From: Azolla caroliniana
Lineage: Eukaryota; Plantae; Polypodiophyta
Assembly: GCA_043228905.1 (NCBI GenBank)
Contig: JBHGNT010000003.1
Location: 124,001-188,000 of the forward strand
Length of the DNA stretch: 64,000 nucleotides
Direction: 5' to 3'
A program made the translations under genes and the position numbers. The stretch's first letter is position 1. Every line of letters begins with the position of its first letter. Below, one piece after another: positions 1 to 11,208 of the stretch. The notes below the pieces were generated by a model that saw only the letters and a program-made list of their open reading frames with translations, was not told the DNA's origin and ran no database searches.

Positions 1-814
1 GCCCCATAAGGGGTTTATATAATACATAATGTTATTCATTACATGCCCCATAAGGGGTTTATATAATACATAATGTAACGGTAAGTAATATGTCCCTTAC
101 AAAAAGAGACCGTTACATTCTTGTCACATGCACATACTCATCCTCACCCTCATATACATTACACATACCGAACAACCCCTTTAACGTGTTTTACCCTTAT
201 ACCACCCCATACAACTCCTATAGGTAACACATGGCACGCCTGTGGGACAGTGCATTCACGATGAACCCACTCGCTATGGCAACTATTAACGACTGGAACT
301 CCATCAGTCGTCTCAACGATTGGAAATCCATCGAACGGATCATAGCTCTACGATCGATAACTTCGATCATAGCATTGCTTGACTCGAACCTTCTCGTTCG
401 GTCAGCACATCGCTCAATTGGATCACACACCAATTGGCTCCTCCATTGCGGCATGGGCCTTTCATGATTCTGTTACATGTATGTGTATTTTTCGGTTTCG
501 TCATGTGAATTGAGCTTTGTATTTTGTACCCTTGGTCTCTAAAAATTTTACCCTCAAGTTTTTTTTCTTTTTTTCAAATTTTATTTTTGGCCCTTGAGTT
601 TTCGAAATTATGCATTCTGCCCTCCACTTTTTGAAATCTCACGTCATGCCCTTGAGCTTTTGAAATTTCATCTTGTCTGCCCTTTTGTTTCTGAAATTTT
701 CTCTTCATAGCCCTCTTCTCTTTCTTTCTTTGTGCGTTCTTCTCTTCTTTTGCTTCTTCTTCGTTTGCCTTTGCTTTACCTCAATCATCCGAATTGATCA
801 CACCATCTGGGATC

Positions 815-1566
815 TCAGAGGTGTTGCTTATGCGAGATTGAAGGAGATCTGAGATCATGCTCATAATCATGGTCTCTATCACGATCTTTGGAATGAGCAG
901 CCAATTGTCGCAATACTACCTTGATTGCATGTGTTATGTCCTTGATGATTCTTCCACGCTTGATCCTCCCTGTGTGAGCTTATTATCAGATCAATAATTA
1001 TACTCATGCGGTGGCGATGGCAGCGGCAACGATTGCAGTGGCATCCAATTTCTCAGCAATCTTATCGTGGTTGCCAAGATTTATATCCTCTAAAGCAGTA
1101 TACTGAGAAGAGCTAAAACTCACAATATCTCATGATGCAAATTCTGTTATACTAACATCTTCCATTTCCTCTTCTTCTTCCATAATCAGATCAGAGGTGT
1201 TGCTTATGCGAGATTGAAGGAGATCTGAGATCATGCTCATAATCATGGTCTCTATCACGATCTTTGGAATGAGCAGCCAATTGTCGCAATACTACCTTGA
1301 TTGCATGTGTTATGTCCTTGATGATTCTTCCACGCTTGATCCTCCCTGTGTGAGCTTATTATCAAATCAGTAATTATACTCATGCGGCAGCGATGGCGGC
1401 GGCAACAATTGCGGTGGCATCCAATTTCGCAGCAATCTTATCGTGGTTGCCAAAATTTATATCCTCTAAAGCAGTATACTGAGAAGAGCTAAAACTCACA
1501 ATATCTCATGATGCAAATTCTGTTATAATAACATCTTCCACTTCCTCTTCTTCTTCCATAGCCAGA
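815..1566. repeat. Tandem duplication of a ~376-bp unit inside N1 cargo
   Basis: TCAGAGGTGTTGCTTATGCGAGATTG... starts at 815 and again at 1191; units near-identical. Confidence 0.9.
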
Positions 1567-1767
1567 TCTTGATTTAAGAAGCTTACAGGTTGTCTTTGAT
1601 CATCGTTTTCTTCTTCTGCATAGCTCATGAGCTGAGGATTACGAAGCGAGATGTAGCTAATTCTATTTCTATGCTTTTTAATCATCTCTGTAAACAGCTC
1701 CTCCTTCTGATTCATGATTATATTATCCTCAGATTGTCCTCCCAGATTATCCGATTTGTTCTCACAT

Positions 1768-2165
1768 GCATTGGTTCTAGCAACGAAGAAGAAATCCTTA
1801 TCTCCACTGGCATCCCGAGATGCTGCTATCTTTTGTGCATGCTCCTCTGCTCGAATGACTTGCTTTCCACGCATATGGTCACATTTCTTGGGCCAGACTT
1901 GATCCTCTAGAAAGCAGCTGACTGCACTGATTGCAATCAGATCTTTGACAATCCTCTCTGTACATTCAGTGCATTACCTCCTCCAGTGTCTTCATGTGTC
2001 TACATCTGCAATGATAGGTATCTTGTAAGCAATCGCACAAATGAATCGAGCATTCATGGCCATTTCAAGTGGTTTCAAGAATCCGAAGTCTAATTTTCCC
2101 ATGAGAGAGGCAGAGAGAGCATCGTAACAACCAGGCATCAGAATGACACCATCGTCTTGGATCGG
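1768..2165 (-). pseudogene. Captured fragment of an isocitrate lyase/PEP mutase family gene (2,3-dimethylmalate lyase / CPEP phosphonomutase-like)
   Basis: Motifs GVILMPGCYDALSA, IPIIADVDT, EDQVWPKKCDHMRGKQVI.AEEHA.KI, DFFFVART across ORFs 1992-2450 and 1506-1874; frameshifted, no visible introns. Confidence 0.85.
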
Positions 2166-2454
2166 GCTGCAGACCCAGGTCTTCTTCATCTTCGTCATTG
2201 TGGTATGCCACTCTCCAGCACGCCCATTTCCTTTAGCTGATATATGATCCCCCTCCCTGCTTCCATCAGTGGAGCTCAAAGCTCTGACATGAAGGAGTTC
2301 TCGCACCTTTGCCACTCCATTCTTGGCCTGGCGGGGGAGGAACAGCCGATCATCACCTGAAAGGCATGCTATGTTTTCCAGGAGGCTCAAATCCAGCATC
2401 CTTGAGCAAGAGATTTTCATGGGGCTAGTTGGTAGCTCTACCATATCCACCTCC

Positions 2455-2569
2455 TAATCCTCTCATATGGCATGCTCCCTGTCCCTTCTCTCTAGAGCTG
2501 CAACCTCTACTGCATTTGCTCCTGCCTGTCCAACACTTTTGTCAGCAACCCCTCCAACAATCCGGCCAT
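2455..2569 (-). pseudogene. Probable captured fragment of a trihelix (GT-2-type) transcription factor coiled-coil
   Basis: Manual translation MAGLLEGLLTKVLDRQEQMQ*R then ALERRDREHAI in another frame resembles the GT-2 FFEGLMKQVMERQE.MQ...EKREQER segment. Confidence 0.45.
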
Positions 2570-3531
2570 GGCCTTGTACCTTCTGATGGCACTGGAGGAC
2601 GCCATGGTGATATTCTCCCTATCCTTCTTCTCATCATCATCACGGTCAAAGGTCTGGGCACTTGCATATGACGATCCTCCATTCCTCTTGTAACTTCTCC
2701 TTCACCTCATTGAGTTCCTATCGGTGGATCTTCTTGGCCTCGAGGGACTGCTTGAAAAGCTAATTCAGCTCAGCCAGTCTCAAGGGAGGCATCATGTCGA
2801 GGAGGTCCTTGATCTCCCTGATACGGACCTATAGGGCATCGATCTGGCGCTTGAGGAGGCCGATCTGCTTCACATGCAGGGATCGAGGGGGAGGGAGAGC
2901 AAGATTTGGGCTCTAAGTAGATCCCACCACATGCAGGGATCGAAGGAGAAGGAGAAGGAAAGAAGGAAGCTAAAGGAAGGACACGCAAAAGAAACACTAA
3001 AGAAGGCAAGTTCGCGAACACAGGCCCAAAGAGAAGAAGTTGGGGAAGATGAGCTCAAATAGAGTAGAAATGGATCGATTTCTTCTCTAAGGAAGTACAA
3101 GTAGGGAGTTTAGGGTTACGAGAAAGAGAAAGACATAGACCTCCTCTCAAAGGAGGGTCGTTCCACCCGGTGTGCCCAAAGTGTTGTTGGGGTGGGGGGG
3201 GGGGGGTGAAGCCAGTGAAACCTAGAATGGCTTCCCCCCCTCCCAAGGAAGTTATGATAGAGAGAGAGAGAGAGAAAAGGAGAGTGAAAATCAGAAATGA
3301 CACAAAAATATGAGAGGGGAAAAAGTTATATTCATTATGTGCCCCATAAGGGGTTTATATAATACATAATGTAACGGTAAATAATATGTCCGTTACATTC
3401 TTGTTACATGCACATAATTATGCATGTGCTCACACATACTCATCCTCACACTCATATACATTACACATACCAAACAACCCCTTTAATGTGTTTTATCCTT
3501 ATACCACCCCGTACAACTCCTACGGGTAACA

Positions 3532-4743
3532 GAGGACACCGACACGGATGTCGGGATGGTGGGGCTCTCTACCATGAGAGAATACAACAGGCAAGGGCGA
3601 AACAAGAAGAATGTAATGTGGTCACTTAAGAACCGAGACACGTATTCGAAGGAGGTCAACGTCGACGTACGGGTGGAACCTTAGGAAGGTAAGCACGGAA
3701 CGGAGGGAGACGGCACACCGAGCTGCCTAGGTCGAGGAGACGGTCGGGTCGAAAGAGGCACGTGCAAGGTGCATAACGAACAGTGTCCGGCACGTGGCCA
3801 GAAGTCCAATCAGAGGACATGTACGGTGGACAAAGGAAGATTGGTTGGATCTGCGACATCATTCCAAAGGTCTACTACAACCGGCCAAGGAGAATGGTGC
3901 GAGCACCGAATATGGTGGATCGTATGGAGCCGATGTTTCGAGGACATGTGGCGGATACGATGGATCGGGTGGCTACGGTGGTTCAGGTAGAAAGGTTGGG
4001 CATGCTCGAAGTGGAAGACGAAGTCAACGAGGGGGCAGACGAACTTGGGTGATCACCATTACCGAAAACCTCACCTCTTCCCCTTTCTTGGCACATACCG
4101 GTAGATGTGCGGTTTGGTGGGGGTGGATGTCGTGAGGATTTTCGGCTATGGTGAGAAATTTGCATGGGACAAATAAAACGGGATTGTGCAACATTGCACA
4201 TTAACTTAGTAATTGTAAATGAGAATAAGAAAACAAATGTATAGGGAAGGGTGAAATGTAAGGTGCTAAAGTACACCACAAAGCTCATGATGTGTAAATG
4301 TGATGTGCACTTAGGTGCACATGCACATGTAGACTAAGGGGAGTGCATGGGAGTAAGGGTGTAATAAGTAGAAGGCATGGTGATGTGTGTGAAAATGAGA
4401 GGAGAGGGAGTTAAGGCCCCATCAATCTCTCCTCCTAAGATTAAGGAAAATATTATTCTTCGAAAAGAGAGGAGTATTTGGCCCCTCCCTTTTCTAATAA
4501 GCCTTACCCTTTTCCATTATAAAAGGGGATGAAGGGTCGCCATTTTGTTGTTTCGAGGTAGACCATTAGGGTTTTAGTTCTTCTTCATCTTATCCATATT
4601 TCGTTTTACGGTTTCTGTTTGGTCATCATGGTAGTAGTTAGGAAGGTTTAGGGTTTCCTTATCTTTCTCTTTAGTCATTGTCGTTTCTTTTAATTGTGCT
4701 AAAGTCCGGCCTAAATGGTCGCGGTTGTAATCATTTAGTGACA
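3532..4743 (+). mobile_element. 3' end of a non-chromoviral Ty3/gypsy element K: 3' UTR, PPT and 3' LTR (4128-4743)
   Basis: G-rich tract GGTGGGGGTGGA then TGTCG...TGACA; TATAAAA near 4517; pre-PPT motif CTTGGCACATACCGG shared with element G (near 54642). Confidence 0.65.
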
Positions 4744-5246
4744 TCATGCCTTATAATGGAATTAGCTTGATGAACCTTGTCTCCATCTATTTCTCTACCG
4801 TGTTAATCTCTTCTTCTTTCTCCTACCTTTTGAGCTCGAAGGTCGTAAGGAATAAACTTTCATTTCCCCTCTACTCCCTAGTCCAAGACCCCCATGGTTC
4901 CCCTCTATCTGACACACACGCGTGGATTTCTACGACAACGTCTCTTGTACACAGAAATGTTGGTATATCTCCACATCACCAGCCCTCACCTTAAGGTTCA
5001 GACATCCCCATGAAGCTCTTCTATCACGCGGATCGTCGTGAGTGTCTTCTAATCGTGCTTTGTGTTGATCGGCCACCGTCCCTTCTTGTAGAAGTCCATC
5101 GACATCAGATTTATCTCCAATCCGTGGTCGATCAATGCCACCACCAGCTCCTGCACATCACTGATCCAGACCGATGTCCCCGTCGTAGCTCTTGCCCAGT
5201 GCGGTTTTATGGAGTGACTTCTGGCATGTTCTTCCTCGGTCACAAC

Positions 5247-8200
5247 TGTTAGGATCTCGGTCCCTCCGGATGGGATACGAAGACCCGGTGAGAACCGGAT
5301 GAGGAGTACCTGGCAACGGAAGACCTAGTGAGAACCGGATGTGGAGTACCCCGCAAGCAAGACCCGGTGAGAACAAAATGATGAGTACCCGGCAAGGAAG
5401 GCCCGGTGAGAACCGGATGATGCAGGCCCGGTGAGAACCTCTCATCGGATGAAAGGGACATATACGTAAATATGTTCCAGAGAGCCCACTAGGGCTATAT
5501 TTGTAAATAGCCCGAAAGGCATATTAGTATAAATATGACCTAGGGCAAACTCAATGTAAGATGATGATAGAGTTATTGGTGTAACTCTTGTACAACACGT
5601 AAGAGTGAGAGAGAGAGAGAGCGATATACAATGATTGTGTCTCTCTTGTAACCGTTGCTAGGCGAAGATTGTGAGCAAGAGGTCGTTGCCTCTGTGCTCC
5701 TTGTTGTATTACTTGACATAGTGATAGTTTGGAGTTTGTGGACTCTCGTAGTTTTTCCCTCTCAGGGTTTTCCACGTTAACATCATGTGTATTCTCTTTC
5801 TGTTTTTGTGTACTTACCTCCATTCCCATTTCTTCTGTGTTTGATTGTCATCAAGTGATCTACACTTCGGTTGTAACCGGAGATTATTCCGCTTATATCT
5901 CGTCAAACTGGTATCAGAGCGAAACGACACAAAAAAATGGACGATTCATTGGGAGGCATGTTCAAGCTCACCGGCTCCAACTACTTAATGTGGAAGTCGA
6001 AGAGGAGGGACATGCTCGTGGTTAAAGATCTTTGGTTGCCGGTTCAGTTCGGGGACAATAGATCGGACAAGATCGATGCCACAATATGGGAGGTGATGCA
6101 CATGAAGACAACGACATACATACGGTGCTTCATCGACATGATCCTATACAACAACTTCAATGAAGAGAGCAAGCCTCATGAGCTCTGGGAGAATATTGCA
6201 TTATGTTTCAAAACAGAAATGTTGTTAATCAAGTTTCGGCATTTCGGAAGCTAGTAAGACTTCGGTACCAAGATGGCTCTAGCATGGCGGAGCACATGAA
6301 TGCCTCCCAGGGGCTGATCCACCAGGCAACATCATTGGAAGTACCTCTCGCCGATGAGGTACTAGCACTACTCCTGCTCGGTTCCCTCCCAGATAGCTGG
6401 GAGACGTTGGTTATCACTTTGGGCAACGCCGGGCTGGAAGGGAAACGGTTATCCCTAGCAAGACTGAAGTCGAGCTTGCTAGATGAGGAGGCGCGTCAGA
6501 AAGACAAGGATACGAGCTCCAACTCCAAAGCGCTCCTTACCGAATTGGAACGCGGAAGACAAAGGAACCGTAGTCCCCAGAACCGGGAAAAGTCGGGGAC
6601 ACGGTCAAAGTCAAGGGGGAGGCCTACTTGCTTTTATTGTGGCAAGCCGAGACACTTCCAGAAGAACTGTGGGCACTTCCGAAAAGACAAGGAAACCGAC
6701 GGTACCAAGTCGAAGCGGACACCAGACCGGAATGGTAAAGACAAGAGGGGACCGGACCGGAAGGGAACGACGACAATCACGGCAAGTGAAGAAGAGTTGA
6801 TGCTCATCACCGAGGAGAGTGAGTTGAACCTTGCTGGCGACGAGACAACGTGGGTTGTCGATTCCGGAGCATCGTTCCACCTTACCCCCGACCGAAAATG
6901 CTTCTCATCCTACACAGCCGGTGATCACGACTGTGTCCGGATGGGGAATGAAGGTACATGCCGAATTGTTGGCATAGGAGACATGTGGTTGACAACACCA
7001 ACCGGATGCAAGCTGTTGTTGAAGGATGTCCGACATGTTCCGGAGGTTCGACTGTACCTGATATCAACCGTCGGCTAGATGATGAAGGCTACATGGGTAG
7101 CATCCAGAACGGAGTCATGAAATTTAGCAAAGGGAGCTTGATAGTGGCTCAGGCCCGGAAGGTCAACACGTTGTACCTGATGAATGCCAGTTATGCCCAG
7201 AAGAAGTGAACGTGGCATCCGACACTGCCGGTGAGCTGTGGCACAAGAGACTATGTCACATGAGCGTGAAGGGGATGAAGAGGCTTGCCGATGACAACCT
7301 CATTCCGGTGAAGAACATGCATCTTGAGAGGTGCACCGATTGCCTAGCCAATAAACAAAACCAAACGTCCTTACGATCAAGGCCACCGATGAGACGTAAT
7401 GCACCATTGGAGTTGGTGCATACCGATGTGTGTCAAGTGGACACAAAGTCCCATGCCGGAGCGCAGTACTTCATGACATTCATAGATGTCCACAACAGGA
7501 GGCTGTGGGCCACACCGTTGAAGTCAAAGGATCAGGTGTTATCCGTCTTCAAGGAGCTCCATGCAAGAGTGGAAAGAGAAACCGGACGGAAGCTGAAGAC
7601 AGTTTGAGCAGATAACGGAGGAGATTATCGGGGGCAGTTCGAGGAGTATTGTCGCTCAAAGGGAATCCGGCTCGAATTTACCGTGCCGAAGACGCCGGAA
7701 CTAAACGGGCTGGCCGAGAGGATGAACCGGACCATAATGGAGAGGTTCTGGAGTATGCTAGCACATGCTAATCTACCCAAGACGTTTTGGGCTGAGGCGC
7801 TGTCGACAGCAACGTATGTGATAAACAGATCAACCTTAGTGCCCTTGGATGGAGACACGCCGCAAAAGGTGTGGACCGGTAAGGAAGTGTCCTACCGGCA
7901 TCTGAAGGTGCTCGGGTGTCTCGCGTACGTTCATGTTGCTAAGGACCTGAGAGGAAAGTTGGATCCAAAGACCCGACCATGCATATTCCTCGGATACGGC
8001 GATGATGAGTTCGGCTACCGAGTGTGGGACCCGGTTGACAAGAAGGTTTTCCGGAGTCGAGATATTATCTTCATGGAGGACAAGACTCTTGCCGACTGGG
8101 AGTCGGAGAAGAAGATAATGAACTCCGATGAGATTCAGACCCACCTGGCTAAGAGCCAGTTGACACTCAAGGAACCAGCCGGTTACGGTGAGGATACCGA

Positions 8201-10599
8201 ACCGGTAGAAGAAGAAGTAGAGGAAGCTGAAACCGGAACCGGCCAAGACCCCGAATCGGATTCGGATGAAGAACAAATAGAGGAGCCGGTTGCCGAAAGC
8301 CAAAGACGGAGATATCCTCTCAGAGAGAGAAGGGCCCCCCGGAGATTTCCGTATGCAGAGCATGTGCTGCGGACTTATGAGGGGGAGCCGGAAAGCTTCG
8401 AAAAGCAAAGGATGACACCCATAGCCGAAAGTGGTTGAGTGTCATGCAGGAGGAGATGGATTCCCTGCATGAGAACCACACGTATGAATTGGTAGAGTTG
8501 CCGAAAGGAAAGAGGGCACTCCGAAACAAGTGGGTGTACAAGTTGAAACCGGGAGATGCCGACAACCCCTCAAGGTACAAAGCCAGGATCGTGGTAAAGG
8601 GGTTCCAGTAGAAGAAGGGTGTGGACTTCGACGAGATATTTGCCCCGGTAGTAAAGATGACTTCCATCCGGACGGTGTTGAGCATAGCGGCAAGCATGGA
8701 CCTCGAGGTAGAGTAGATAGACGTGAAGACGACGTTCCTCCACGGCGACCCCGAAGAGGAGATCTACATGCAGCAACCGGAGGGATTTGTGAAGAAAGGG
8801 AAGGAGCACCTGGTTTGCCAGTTAAAAATGAGCCTCTACGGGTTGAAGCAGGCTCCCAGGCAATGGTACCGGAAGTTTGACTCCTTCGTGACCGATCAAG
8901 GGTACCACAAGACTTAGACCGATCACTTCGTATTTGTGAAGAAGTTGAAAGGTGGAGACTTCTTGATACTCGTCTTGTACGAGACCAAGTCAAGATACGG
9001 ATGCTAAAGAAGGCCCTGAACCAGACCTTCTCAATGAAAGACTTGGGTTCGGCAAGACAGATACTGGGGATGCATATCATCCAGGACCGGCCAACGAAGC
9101 AATTGTGGTTGTCACAGGAGAAGTACGTGACAAAGGTGCTTCAGCGGTTCAACATGTCAGATGTGAAATCGGTCGGATCGACACTTCTAGCAAACTGCAA
9201 GTTATCCGGTAAGCAAGGCCCGAAGACGAAGGCAGAGAAGGCAGATATGATGAAGATACCATATGTCTCTGCCGTCTAGAGCTTAATGTACGCAATGGTG
9301 TGTACCCGACCGGATATCGGATATGCAGTCGGAGTGGTGAGCCGGTTCATGAGCAATCCCGGCAAGGAGCACTAGAATGCGGTAAAATGGATACTCCGAT
9401 ACTTGAAAGGCACCTCAAGTATGTGTCTCCGATTCGGCTCCGATAAACCCTAACTTGACGATTTCACCGATTTGGATGTCAGCTGATGCAGATACCAGCC
9501 AGTCAACATCCGGATATGTCATGACATATGCGTGGGGAGTTGTTTCGTGGCAATCGAGGCTGCAGAAGACGATTGCGTTGTCAACCACGGAAGCGGAGTA
9601 CATGGCGGTTGTGGAAGCCGACAAGGAAATACTATGGATGAAGGACTTCATCGAGGAGCTAGGGATCCGGCAAGAGGAATACCGGCTCTATTGCGACAGT
9701 CAAAGTGCCATCCACCTTGTGAAGAACGCAGTGTATCATTCCAGGACGAAGCACATCTAGCGGAGGTACCATTGGATTTGGGAGCGAGTAGAAGACCGAG
9801 AGTTCGTGCTGACGAAGATCCACACAGAGGAGAACGGGTCGGATATGTTGACCAAGGTGCTTACACCCGACAAGCTGGACGCATGCCAGAAGTGGATCAG
9901 ACTGACGAGGCCTCCCATGCCGGAGTGAAGGGGGAGTTTGTTAGGATCTCGGTCCCTCCGGATGGGATACGAAGACCCGGTGAGAACCGGATGAGGAGTA
10001 CCCGACAACGGAAGACCCGGTGAGAACCGAACGTGGAGTACTCGGCAAGGAAGACCCGGTGAGAACCGGATGATGAGTACCCGGCAAGGAAGGCCCGGTG
10101 AGAACCGGATGATGCAAGCCCGGTGAGAACCTCTCATCGGATGAAAGGGACATATATGTAAATATGTTCTAGAGAGCCCACTAGGGCTATATTTGTAAAT
10201 AGCCCGAAAGGCATATTAGTATAAATATGACCTAGGGCAAACTCAATGTAAGATGATGATAGAGTTATTGGTGTAACTCTTGTACAGCACGTAAGAGTGA
10301 GAGAGAGAGAGAGAGCGATATACAATGATTGTGTCTCTATTGTAACCGTCACTAAGCGAAGATTGTGAGCAAGAGGTCGTTGCCTCTGTGCTCCTTGTTG
10401 TATTACTTGACATAGTGATAGTTTGGAGTCTGTGGACTCCCGTGGTTTTTCCCTCTCAGGGTTTTCCACGTTAACATCATGTGTATTCTCTTTCTGTTTT
10501 TGTGTACTTACCTCCATTCCCATTTCTTCTGTGTTTGATTGTCATCAAGTGATCTAAGCTTCGGTTGTAGCCGGAGATTATTCCGCTTATTTCTCGTCA
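5247..10599 (+). mobile_element. Full-length degenerate Ty1/copia element C0 (Tnt1/Tto1-like); LTRs 5247-5905 and 9939-10599
   Basis: TG...CA LTRs, PBS-Met 5909-5920, PPT GAAGGGGGAG, TSD ACAAC/ACCAC, gag-PR-INT-RT-RH fragments with stops and frameshifts. Confidence 0.95.
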
Positions 10600-11208
10600 A
10601 CCACCTCATCGATATGGATCGCTTTTCCCTTGACCAACTTCTCCCACTCCGGCTCCAACGAAAGTCGCTATTTTTTCACGAGGTCGACGATAGAATCATA
10701 GAACTCCTTCATGGTTATCCCAAATACCTCAATCAGGGTGAGTGAGTTCCACCCGGCTGTCAAGGATTCATTCCTCCAAGACCTTCCGCAGGTCCATCGC
10801 TCTCTCTATCTCCGAGCTCCTTCTCTTGTGACCCGGCCTGACCCTCGTCATTTTTTCTCATACCGCTCCAAGTCTCATACCGGTTGGAAGGACCAGCCCC
10901 TCCGTCTTTTCCAGCCCATTTGTCTTCAACCAGAACTTCGTAGTTCTAGCACGTGGCTTCCATGAAGCCAGTTCTCTCCTCTACTGAATCGTTCCAACCA
11001 GTGACCACTTGGACACTCCTCTCCGCGCGGTTCGCTTCCTCCTTCACAAGCTTCTTTCCGGAGAACCCTTCAAGCACCACCGTCTAGAGCCCGGTGTCTT
11101 TCGTTGTCTTGTCGTTCTCCTCTCCAACTCAGATACTGGGCGATGCCTAATAATGGACGGTCTCGGTGTGCCGCACCACAGCCTCCTCCATCAACCCTTT
11201 CATTCCGT

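Larger units (their letters stand above)
1..3531. mobile_element. Non-autonomous LTR element N1 (left LTR truncated by window edge; LTRs 1-229 and 3182-3531) carrying captured gene fragments
   Basis: Direct repeats ending GGTAACA at 229 and 3531; right LTR starts TGTT at 3182; TGGCACGCCTGTGGGAC at 232-248; no gag/pol; inverted homology to N2 (11209-14792) in LTRs and flanking internal segments. Confidence 0.8.
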
